58,456 nucleotides of DNA from Chrysochromulina tobinii (taxonomy: Eukaryota), in contig JWZX01003199.1 of NCBI GenBank assembly GCA_001275005.1, positions 1 through 58,456 on the forward strand, in the 5' to 3' direction. Below the pieces are notes generated by a model. That model did no database searches. It saw only the letters and a program-made list of their open reading frames with translations, and was not told the origin of the DNA. How positions within the stretch are numbered: position 1 is the first letter of the stretch; each line of letters begins with the position of its first letter. The position numbers were made by a program, and so were the translations under genes. Of the stretch, positions 24,638 to 33,941 are shown piece by piece.

Positions 24638-27133
24638 ATGGCCGTGCCCTTCATCCAGGTGGATCCGTCCTCCAAGCGGCTGGTGGTCACCGAAGAGGCG
24701 CGCGCTTACCTTAGCCAGGTCTCCGGCACCGTCGGCGTCGTCGCTGTCGCAGGGGTCTACCGCACGGGCAAGAGCTACATCCTCAACCAGCTGGCGGGCA
24801 CCACGGGCTCGGGATTCGGCGTGGGCAACAGCGTGCAGGCGAAGACCAAGGGCATCTGGCTCTGGGGTGCGCCGCTGCGCCTTGCGCCGACGCCGGGCGC
24901 GCCCCAGAACCTGCTGCTGCTCGACACCGAGGGCCTGCAGTCGATCGCCCAGACCGAGGGGCATGACGCCAAGATCTTTTGCCTCGCCATCCTGCTCGCG
25001 TCCGCGTTCGTGTACAACTCAGAGAAGGCCATCAACAACGCCGCGATCGACCAGCTCTCGCTCGTCGCGCAGCTCACGCAGCGCATCCGCGTGCACGCCG
25101 AGGGCGAGGCCGCCGCCGCCAGAGCTGGTGGCGCGGACGCGCTCGCGCAGTTCTTCCCGCGCTTCACGTGGCTGCTGCGCGACTTCCAGCTCGAGCTGCT
25201 CGACGGCGATGGCGCCGCCCTCACGCCCGACGCGTACCTTGAGTCGTGCCTGCAGCCAGCGAAGGGCACGTCCGCCGCCATCCAGGAGCAGAATGCGACC
25301 CGCGCGGCGATCCGGACCCTCTTTACCGAGCGCTCGTGCATCGCGTTGCCGCACCCAACGCTCGGGACAGCGCTGCCACCCTCGGCGCTCAAGGCCCTCG
25401 ACAAGACGCCGCTCAGCGCGCTCAACGCCGACTTCGTCTCCGGCGTGCAGCAGCTCAAGAGGCGGCTCTTTGAAGGGGCACGTCCTAAGTCTCTCGGCGC
25501 GGGCGGACCAGCGCTCACTGGCCGAACGCTGCTGCAGTTGGCGGGCTCGTACTGCGAGGCGATCAACGCGGGCGCGCTCCCGACGATCTCGACGGCCTGG
25601 TCCGCCGTCATCAACCTCGAGTGCCAGCGGGCGCTCGACGAAGCAGCGAGACTATACGTCGACGGCGCGAGCGCGGCGACGCGCTCGGCGGACGCGCTGC
25701 CGGACGAGGTGCGCTGGAACGCGGAGCACGTGCGGCTTCAGGAGGCCTCGGTGCGTCACTTCCGGAGCCTCGCAATGGGCAGCGGCCCCGAGGCCGACGC
25801 CAAGGAGGCCAAGCTGCTCGAGCTCATCGGCGCGGAGAAGGGCAAGGTCGATGCACTCCTGGGAGCTCGCTCGGAGGCGTTGTGTGAAAAGCTCGTCGCG
25901 TCCCTCCTCGACCGTTTTGGGCGATGCGCGCGCGAGGCGACGGCCGCCGCCGTCGCCGCCGCCGCCGCCAGCGTGGCAGCTCCTCCTGCGGCCCCTGCTG
26001 CTGCTGCCGCTGCCTCCCCAGCGCACGCACTGCCGGCGGCGCTCGCGCAACTCCTGGCCGAGTACGATCGCTCGGCTCATGGCCCCTCGAAGGAGGCGGG
26101 GCGCGCGGCGCTCCTCACGCGCGCGGCTCCGTTGATGGCCGATGCTCTCGCCGCCGCAGAGCGCGAGCAGGCGCGTGCCGCCGCGGCCGCACAGCAGGCG
26201 GCAGTTGCGGCACGAGCCGATGCGGCGACGGCGATGAGCCGAGCGGCGAAGGCGGAGGCGGCGGCGGCGACGCACGAGCGCGACTTACGCGCCGCGCGTG
26301 AGCAGCTCGAGAGCGAGAGGGCGCGAGCTCGAGAGCGAGATCGTGAGCTCGAGAGCGAGAGAGTCAAAGGAGCCGCCGCCGCCGCCGAGCTGCGCACTCT
26401 GAGCGCCACAGCGGCCAACAAGGAGGCGACTCTCGCTTCGCTGCGAGCGGAGCTCGAGCGCACGGCGAGCACTCACCATACGGCCTCGCAGCAGGCACAC
26501 GCGCAGGCGCAGCAAATGGAGTTGCAAAGGCAGGAGGTTGTGCGCTTGACATGGGAGCTCACGACGGCGCGTACTAACCTCGAAGCCGCCACACGGGCTG
26601 CAAGCACGCAGGACGTGCGCATCGCCCAGCTCGAGGCGGAGGTGCACCGGCTGAGCAGCCAGCGCGCCGCCAGCGCCGCCGACGTCGCTTCCCTCCAGGC
26701 TCAGCTCCACGCTCGCCCACAAGCCACAGCGCCACCGCCGAGCACATCACTGCCGCCGCCGCCCGCGCCGCCCCCGCCCGCCGCGTCCTCAAAAGAGACC
26801 GCGCCCGTGTCCGCGGGGCGGAAGCGAGGCAAGGCCGCCGAACCCGCGCCCGAACCCGCGCCGCCGCCCGCGCCGCCGCCCGCGCCGCCGCCCGCACCGC
26901 CCGATGCCGATGAGGTCCCCATGGGCATCGAGGACGAGTACGAGGGGGAGATCGAGGGGGAGAAGGGCGCGCCGCCGCCCAAGCGGCGCTCGAGCGTGCA
27001 GCCCGAGCAGCTGGCGGTGCCCGTGCTGCAGGCAAAGCTCAAGCTCAAGCTAGGCAATGAGTACAAGAAGATTGTGGGGGCGACCAAGAAGAAGCCCGAG
27101 CTCCTTGCACTGTACATGCAGTACTGCACTTGA
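24638..27133 (+). CDS. GBP: Guanylate-binding protein (GBP/atlastin-family large GTPase) with coiled coil, Pro-rich tail and C-terminal HeH/SAP-like motif (~831 aa)
   Basis: G1 GVYRTGKS, G2 TKGIWLW, G3 LLDTEGL, DAKIFCLAILLASAFVYNS, G4 FFPRFTWLLRDF. Helical domain YCEAINAGALPTI. Confidence 0.92.
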   Translation: MAVPFIQVDPSSKRLVVTEEARAYLSQVSGTVGVVAVAGVYRTGKSYILNQLAGTTGSGFGVGNSVQAKTKGIWLWGAPLRLAPTPGAPQNLLLLDTEGLQSIAQTEGHDAKIFCLAILLASAFVYNSEKAINNAAIDQLSLVAQLTQRIRVHAEGEAAAARAGGADALAQFFPRFTWLLRDFQLELLDGDGAALTPDAYLESCLQPAKGTSAAIQEQNATRAAIRTLFTERSCIALPHPTLGTALPPSALKALDKTPLSALNADFVSGVQQLKRRLFEGARPKSLGAGGPALTGRTLLQLAGSYCEAINAGALPTISTAWSAVINLECQRALDEAARLYVDGASAATRSADALPDEVRWNAEHVRLQEASVRHFRSLAMGSGPEADAKEAKLLELIGAEKGKVDALLGARSEALCEKLVASLLDRFGRCAREATAAAVAAAAASVAAPPAAPAAAAAASPAHALPAALAQLLAEYDRSAHGPSKEAGRAALLTRAAPLMADALAAAEREQARAAAAAQQAAVAARADAATAMSRAAKAEAAAATHERDLRAAREQLESERARARERDRELESERVKGAAAAAELRTLSATAANKEATLASLRAELERTASTHHTASQQAHAQAQQMELQRQEVVRLTWELTTARTNLEAATRAASTQDVRIAQLEAEVHRLSSQRAASAADVASLQAQLHARPQATAPPPSTSLPPPPAPPPPAASSKETAPVSAGRKRGKAAEPAPEPAPPPAPPPAPPPAPPDADEVPMGIEDEYEGEIEGEKGAPPPKRRSSVQPEQLAVPVLQAKLKLKLGNEYKKIVGATKKKPELLALYMQYCT

Positions 27134-27138
27134 GAGCC

Positions 27139-27295
27139 GGGAGGCGCACGAGGGGACCTTCACAGCGCCGTATTGAGCACCCTCGGTGAGGCGCACGAGG
27201 GGACCTTTACAGCGCCGTATTGGTCACCCACCGGGAGGCGCACGAGGGGACCTTCACAGCGCCGTATTGGTCACCCACCGGGAGGCGCACGAGGG
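27139..27295. repeat. 47-bp minisatellite, ~3.3 copies
   Basis: GAGGCGCACGAGG recurs at 27141, 27188, 27235 and 27282. Confidence 0.9.
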
Positions 27296-27305
27296 CGTCG
27301 ACGGC

Positions 27306-27525
27306 CCAATGGCCCATTTGGTTCGGGTGACGAAGCCCAATGGCCCACGCTTGGTTCGGGTGACGAAGCCCTGTGGCCCACGTTTGGTTCGGGTGACGAA
27401 GCCCAATGGCCCGCGCTTGGTTCGGGTGACGACGCCCTGTGGCCCACGCTGGGTTGGGTGACGAAGCCCTGTGGCCCACGCTGGGTTGGGTGACGAAGCC
27501 CTGTGGCCCACGTTGGGTTCGGGTG
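27306..27525. repeat. 32-33 bp minisatellite, ~7 copies
   Basis: GGGTGACGA(A/C)GCCC core at 27325, 27358, 27391, 27424, 27456 and 27488, with a partial copy at 27521. Confidence 0.9.
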
Positions 27526-27919
27526 CGATGGCTGCGGCCAGGATGCGAAGTGGAAGCACGGATTAGGTGATTGGGACTGCTCTGACCATGGAACTGAATG
27601 CTGAATGTCTGAATCAGGCAGGCACTGAGAGCTGAAGATCTGCATGGATCTGGTCAAGATGTACCGTACTCGTGATTGTCTCATGGATGGTCTCTACATT
27701 TCTGTCCGGTCGCCAGTGTACGCACGCATGCTTGTGTTTGACAACTTCAGGTCGGCACGTGCCATGTGGGTTCTTTTGAGGCGTCCGAACCACCAAACTT
27801 AAAGATTAGAAACGACAGCGGGCGCCCCCTGGCCAAAGTTGTGTCCCAAAACCCGTGCGACGGCCATTTCTCTTTTAGCTGAGGCCTGCGCGGTACGCGC
27901 ACGTCACTGAGCGGCTCCG

Positions 27920-29467
27920 ATGCCCGGGAAGGCCGACGCACCGGCTGCTGCCGAGTCAGCCAAGCCCTCTGGGCCGCAAGCTCGGGCAGAGCTTCATGCT
28001 GCTAGGAAAGCTGCGAAGGCGCTGCGCATGGCCAAGTCGCCCGGTCCGGGCGCCTACTCCCCTGCAAATGCTAGCACCCTCAAGGCGACGGGGAAGCCGA
28101 CGTCGTCGTTCACAAGCAAGACCAAACGCTTGGTCGAAAGCTTGGGCGCGTCGGCAGCCGGCGACCCCGGCTCGTACGACCCCTATACGCTGAAGGACCT
28201 GGCATCGACCTCGAAGAAGTCGTTCGCCAAATCGTTCCGCTCGGGCTCGGGCGGCTTTGGCACGCGCGACAAGCGCGAGTTGCAGATTCAGCTTACGGGC
28301 GAAAACACGCCCGGGGCGGGCGCTTACAATGGAGGCGATATGATGCGCAACGGGATGAAGGGGGCGCTCTCAGCCATGGACACAGGCGAGAAGATGCCCT
28401 CGTCAGCCTTCAAGTCGAAGTCGAAGAAGGACGTCTCGTACCACGATGAAAAGGTGCCCGGCGCAGGCGCTTACTCGCCCGCGTGGTCCGCAATCGAGCC
28501 CGTGGCCCACAACCCAGCGAACGGGATGAAGGCCAAGGGCCAGCGGTTTGAGAAGATCAAACAGGTGACGGGTGACATGGTGGGTCCTGGCGCGTACGAG
28601 TCCCATCACGAGCGTTCGCTCGCGTCGGACCTGAAGAAGTCGGTGTCGATGGCGAGCCGCGCCAACCCCGGGTTCGGCTGCCTCATGCCCGCGCACGAGC
28701 TGCCCTTCCTCGATGACGTGCAGGACGCACAGGACATGCCCGGTCCGGGAGCGTACGAGTCGAATAAGTCGACGCTCAACTCACGCCCAGGCAGCGGCCA
28801 CGCGTCCGCGTTCAAGTCGCAGACGAAGCGGATGGTGGAAGGGCTGGGCGCCGCAGCGACGGGCGACCCTGGCTCGTACGACCCGTACACCAACATGGAG
28901 CTCGCCAAGACCTCCAAAAAGAGCTTCGGGCGCTCGAACCTGGCTGGCATGGGCGACTTCGGCACACGCGACAAGCGTGAGCTGCGCCTCGAGGTCATGG
29001 GTGAGAAGACCCCTGGGCCGGGCGCGTACAATGGCGACTTGATGATGAAGAACGGCATGAAGGCCAACCTATCCGCCTTCGACTCGAGCGAAAAGTACCC
29101 CTCGTCAGCCTTCCAGTCCAAGTCGAAGAAGGACGTCTCGTACCACGATGAAAAGGTGCCCGGCCCCGGCCAGTACGCACCCAAGTTCGACGTGATCCAG
29201 CCGAAGCTCTCGCAGAACCCGGCGCACAGTATGAAGGCGAAAGGCAACCGGTTCAAAAAGAACGATGCGTTCGAGCGCGCGCAGGCGTCTGAGCCGGGCC
29301 CTGGCGCGTACGAGACAGAGATCCTGCGCACGGGCGGCCGCAGCGCGCTCTCGGCGTACGACACGGGCGAGATGATGCCATCGGCCGCCTTCGCGTCGGA
29401 CACTATCCGCGCCATGCCTTGGCCCGATGCAGGCACGGGCAAGGTTGCGGCCGCGGCCGCCAGCTAA
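27920..29467 (+). CDS. PGP-repeat (SHIPPO/ODF3-like) protein, probably flagellar or cytoskeletal (515 aa)
   Basis: Many (S/T/V/M)PG(P/A)G(A/Q)Y repeats. Large internal duplication with GDPGSYDPY blocks ~702 nt apart. Confidence 0.85.
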   Translation: MPGKADAPAAAESAKPSGPQARAELHAARKAAKALRMAKSPGPGAYSPANASTLKATGKPTSSFTSKTKRLVESLGASAAGDPGSYDPYTLKDLASTSKKSFAKSFRSGSGGFGTRDKRELQIQLTGENTPGAGAYNGGDMMRNGMKGALSAMDTGEKMPSSAFKSKSKKDVSYHDEKVPGAGAYSPAWSAIEPVAHNPANGMKAKGQRFEKIKQVTGDMVGPGAYESHHERSLASDLKKSVSMASRANPGFGCLMPAHELPFLDDVQDAQDMPGPGAYESNKSTLNSRPGSGHASAFKSQTKRMVEGLGAAATGDPGSYDPYTNMELAKTSKKSFGRSNLAGMGDFGTRDKRELRLEVMGEKTPGPGAYNGDLMMKNGMKANLSAFDSSEKYPSSAFQSKSKKDVSYHDEKVPGPGQYAPKFDVIQPKLSQNPAHSMKAKGNRFKKNDAFERAQASEPGPGAYETEILRTGGRSALSAYDTGEMMPSAAFASDTIRAMPWPDAGTGKVAAAAAS

Positions 29468-30070
29468 GCCAGCTCGCAATCGAGAGGCCTCCCATGAGCG
29501 ATAGGGACATAGGGTCAGAGGAATGGCGTGTGGACTGTCTCTTTGTGTGCGCGGGTTCCGATGAGGGCGTGCCCGTGCGCATCATGCTGTGGGGGAATGC
29601 GTGTGTCGTGCGGCATGCCCTAGTGCGGGATGTGCAAGTGGCGTTTTAGGGTGTCTCGACCGTGCAATTTGTCGTAAAACGCGCGGTCGTCCCGACACAC
29701 GCTACGGCGTACGCGCGGTCCGGCCGGGGGCGCTACATGCTCTTAAGCACACGACCGCACTCCGCACGCGGCATTCGTCTCTTTTCTGATTTCATTGCCC
29801 CTGTGGCCTGTGGGCGCGCGATTCACATCGCATGACTATGGCGCAGTTGCACATCCCTCACGTCATCGCTCATGTCCGGGACAATCGCATTGCGTTCGAT
29901 GCATCTGGATGAATCTGTGACGGCCTGTAGCTAATGTTGATATGTTCCGCCTTCATGCCACACGCACTGCGGTTCGGTCAGCCCTCATCGCATGTGCCGC
30001 TCCTAGATCGCACTTCGCGCCTTCGGTTCAAAGCCTAGAGGTCCCTGTGCTGTCGTGAACACTTATGGAT

Positions 30071-31155
30071 CTAGGCTCGAAGTGAAGGCCGACCAGCGCG
30101 GTGGCCCTTGATGGCGCCCTCGAGCTCCTTCGCCACCGCGGCGCGCACCTCCTTGTTGGGTGTGAGCCGCTTCGAATCGAGATGCAGGCCCGTGAGAGGT
30201 GACGTGTCGTGCCGCTCGAGCCATTGGGTGATCGCGTACCTGATGAGGGAGGCAATCAAGAGGTCATCAGTGGTCATCATCAGTGCCGCTCGAGCCCTTG
30301 GGTGATCGCGTACCGTTCGTAGACGTGATGGTCGCACGTCGTGACTGGGTCGACGAGCAACGCGTGAGTGATCGGGCACAGCAGCGAGGGAGACAGCTCC
30401 GGAAGCAGCGACTCGAGCATCCCTTCCATCCCTTCCGACCCTTGCGAGGCGGATTCGTCAGTTTCGTCAAGCTCGTCCTCATCGCCGTCGTCCGAGGAGC
30501 TTTCGCAACGGCTGCACGCGTTCAGCAGGAGCCTGAGACGGCGCTCGTACTCCTCCTTGGTGACGGCGAGCGCGGGGCCACCCGGCAGGCACGCGCGCAG
30601 CTCCTCAGTCGAGGCGAGGTCCCGCGGCAACGCCCCGTCACGTGTCCGCAAGTCGGGGTTGGAGCCTCGCGCGACGAGCAGCTTTACGACGGCGAGATGC
30701 GGCGCGACGCGACCGCGCCTGGGGGTGGCCGAGTCGCGGCACGCGTAGTGGAGCGGGGTGTACTGCTCGATGCCGCGTGCGTCGATATCGGCGTGATGGT
30801 CGAGCAAGAGCTTGACCACCTCGAGATGCGCTGCGCTGGCCGCGAGGTGCAGGGCGGTGTTCTTACCCTTGTTGACGGCCTTGATCAGGCTCGGCTCGCA
30901 GCGCAGGAGCATGACGCACGCCTCCAAATGGCCACGCACAGCCGCGTGGTGCAAAGGCGTGTCCATGTATGCATCCTGCGCTTCCAAAGGGCTGAGCACG
31001 AAGAGTGACTTCTTCAAGCGAACCAAGTCGCCGTCCTTAGCCGCAAGAATCATGTAGCGCGTATCACAGGATGACACGCCCGCGTAGCGGCGGGCCTTCT
31101 GCTCATCTTCAGGCGAGCTCAGCCGCGCGGCGCGCGAGCCGAGAGAGGCTCCCAT
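30071..31155 (-). CDS. Ankyrin-repeat U-box E3 ubiquitin ligase, join(31155..30314,30239..30071), ~336 aa
   Basis: Ankyrin motifs TPLHHAA, TALHLAA, TPLHYAC. U-box LLCPITHALLVDPVTTCDHHVYER|YAITQWLERHDTSPLTG...LTPN is completed by splicing intron 30240-30313. MGASLGS start resembles a myristoylation site. Confidence 0.88.
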
Positions 31156-31726
31156 TTCTGTCCCCTCTACGATGTTCTTTCCCTCGGCGACCAGGACGCG
31201 CGCGGGAGGAGACGATGGTCGCAAAAATAGGACGCGCGAGGATGAATGAGTGCAAAATTAGAAAATTAAACCTGTGTGATGCCAGAAGCAAGCAAGAACT
31301 TTGAACACGGTTCGTGTCACTGAGGACCGCCGCCGCCGCGTCGCGGACGCGAATGCTGTCCATGGCTTGCCATGTTAGCGCTGCGCGAGCGTCCGAGCAC
31401 TATTCATATCTAAGCTAAGATAGAAAAATACCATAAGTCATGCCATAAGTAGAGGTGTGGCAGTTAGTGGCACCAGGTCGTGTGGAACGAGTCCTGAGAG
31501 CATTGCTGCGATGAGGCCGAGACTGCAGACAAAACATGCAAAACTATCACCACGACCGCGACGACCATGCCGAGCACACCGCCGACGACGCATGCACCCT
31601 CACTCACAAGGCGGTTCACGGCGCGCGCCCGTCCGTGCGGTTCTCGTTCTGGTGTAAGGTGAGTGAGGTGAGTAGGTGGTGAGGTCTGCAGCCGTCAGCG
31701 GCAATACCGTGTAGTGTCCGCGGCGT

Positions 31727-33810
31727 TCATGGTCCGGATGTTCCGGTGCTCGTGCTCGGCGCGGGCGCCGCATGAACGCGCACGACCTTGACGCCGGCTG
31801 CAATGAGAGACCTTTGTAGCTCGGCGATCCGCCGCTCGGCATCCTCTCGGACCAGAGCCGCGCCCGCCTCGGCCTCCTTCGCGATTCGATCAGCCGCTTG
31901 CATCCCCCGATCGAGCTCGAGCTCCGCGCGTGAGGCCACCTGATGATGGAGGCAATTCGTGGTCATCAGAGGCTCAATCAGAGGCTCAATCAGAGGCAGT
32001 GAGAGCTCGCATCCCCAGATCGAGGTTCGAGCTCAAGCTCCGCTCGATGATGGTGGCCATCCGATAGCCATCCGATGTGATGAGGCAGGCAATCAAAGGC
32101 AATCAGCCAGCTAACAGCCACAGCAATCAGTGAGTCACTCAGGTCGGGCTCGAGACGGCGCGCGTTGATGAGGCAGGCAATCAACCAGGAACCAGCAATC
32201 AGAGGCACTCAGGTCGGGCTCGAGACGGCGCTCATGAGGGAGTACTACGCGGGAGGCGCGCCACCTGCTGCAGCAAGAGCTGCTGCTGGTCGAGCTGCGC
32301 TTGCATACTCACGCGCGCCGTCTCTAGCTGCTCGTCGAGCTCTTCTTGCATGCGCGTGCGCGCCGTCTCGAGCGCCCGCTGCAGCGCTTCGCGCTCCACC
32401 TCCAGCCGCGCCTCAAAGCTCGCGGTGAGCGTCGCCGTCACCTCCGCGGTCACCTCCGCGGTCACCGTCTCACGCGCCTCCTTCCAAGCGTGCACTGTCG
32501 CTTGCTGCCAGGCTTCCGCCTTCGCCGCGATGACTGCCTTGCTGACCATCTCGTCCTCGTGCCGCTGCCTCGCGACCTGACGCGCCTCCGCCTCGGCGTG
32601 CTCACGTTGCTGAAGGGCCTCGTCGGCCTTCTGTGCGGCACGCTGCGCGAGCTTCGCCTGCTCGGCCAGCCGGCTGACTGCCGCCTTGGCCGCCGCTGAC
32701 TCCGCCGCAGCCCTGCCCGTCGCCTCCATCGCCTCGTCCACGGCCTGGGAAGCCGAGCGCCTGGCGGCGGCGATAGCAGCCACAGCTTCCGTCTCGGTGG
32801 CCGCGAGCTCAGCCCGAAGCGCACCACACAGCGCGTCTCGCTCGGCCAAAGCGCGCTTCAGTGCGTCAGCGAGCTTCGCGGCCGCGGCGGCCTCGTTGGC
32901 CGCCATTGACTCCTTGAGCATACCTGATGAGGATGTAATGAGGATGGCCATCAGAAAACACATCGGAGGTCATCGCTCATCGGAGGTCATCGGAGGTTAT
33001 CGTAGGTCATTAGAGGCCATCAGTAGGCCATCAGAGGGCTCCTTGAGCAGAGCAGCTACAGAGCAGCCTACTCGTGCTCTCCTGCAACAGTCTCCGACTG
33101 CTCACGAGCATCGCATTCGTATCCTCGAGCTCGTGCTTGGCTTTCGTCTGGAAGCTCCGCGCGCGCTCCTCGGCAATGGAGAGGCTGCCCTCAAGCTCGG
33201 AGAGAGCGCGCGAATAGCTGGCGCGCTCGATGGCGCCGCGCTCGCTCTCCGCGCCTTTGGCCGTTAGCAGCCGCTCGAGCACACGTCGACTGTTGCCCAG
33301 TGGGAAGTCGGGCGCGAGCAACTTGCCGCCGTTGTCGAGCAAGCAGCTCAGGATTTCGGAGGAGAGCGCGGCGTTGCTCGTCTGAGCCTTGACGCCGTGT
33401 CGCAGGAGATGGCACGCTGCGTCTCGCGCGCCACCCTGCGCCAGGTCCCTACCTATCACCAAGAAGATGGTCGCGAGCTCTTCGGCGAGGTGCGCCGTCT
33501 CCGTCTGGAACTGCTGCTGGTTCGACATTTCTGCGGACGCTCGTGAGGCGGCGTCAAGATTTCGTCCGTCTGCTGAGCTCATGCTGCTGCTGTTACCCTC
33601 TCGACCAGACGTCGTGACGGCCAACCCCCACCCTGTTGGCTGAAGGCCCGCCAAGCCCAAGGGACCCAGAGTCTTGCTGTGCGGGCCAAGGCGGTCAGCG
33701 TTGAAGACCTCCACCGAGGATGACGACTTCATGACGCGCTTACCCACTTCCTTGAAGCGCAGCACCGCGGGATCAAGTGTCGCCCGCGGTGTCAATTGTC
33801 CCAAGGGCAT
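31727..33810 (-). CDS. Coiled-coil protein, join(33810..33072,32923..32265,31939..31727), ~536 aa
   Basis: Three ORFs join in frame through GT-AG introns 32924-33071 and 31940-32264, both with ...CATCAG acceptors. A/E/Q-rich heptads. Confidence 0.7.
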
Positions 33811-33941
33811 GCTTGTCCCTGAAGACTGGTGCTCTCGAGAAAACCGCCATCACTTTTTGCGAATGCCGACGTTGCGGAGCATGCATGCACCGGCCGCACG
33901 TCACGTTGTCCAAATTAACTGAAAACTTTGGTGCGACTAAC

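Noticed and set aside
27110..27133. CaaX prenylation signal on GBP
   Set aside because: The protein ends MQYCT; the Cys is second from the end, not fourth.
27306..27525. CRISPR-like array
   Set aside because: Head-to-tail units with no unique spacers, no cas genes, eukaryotic context.
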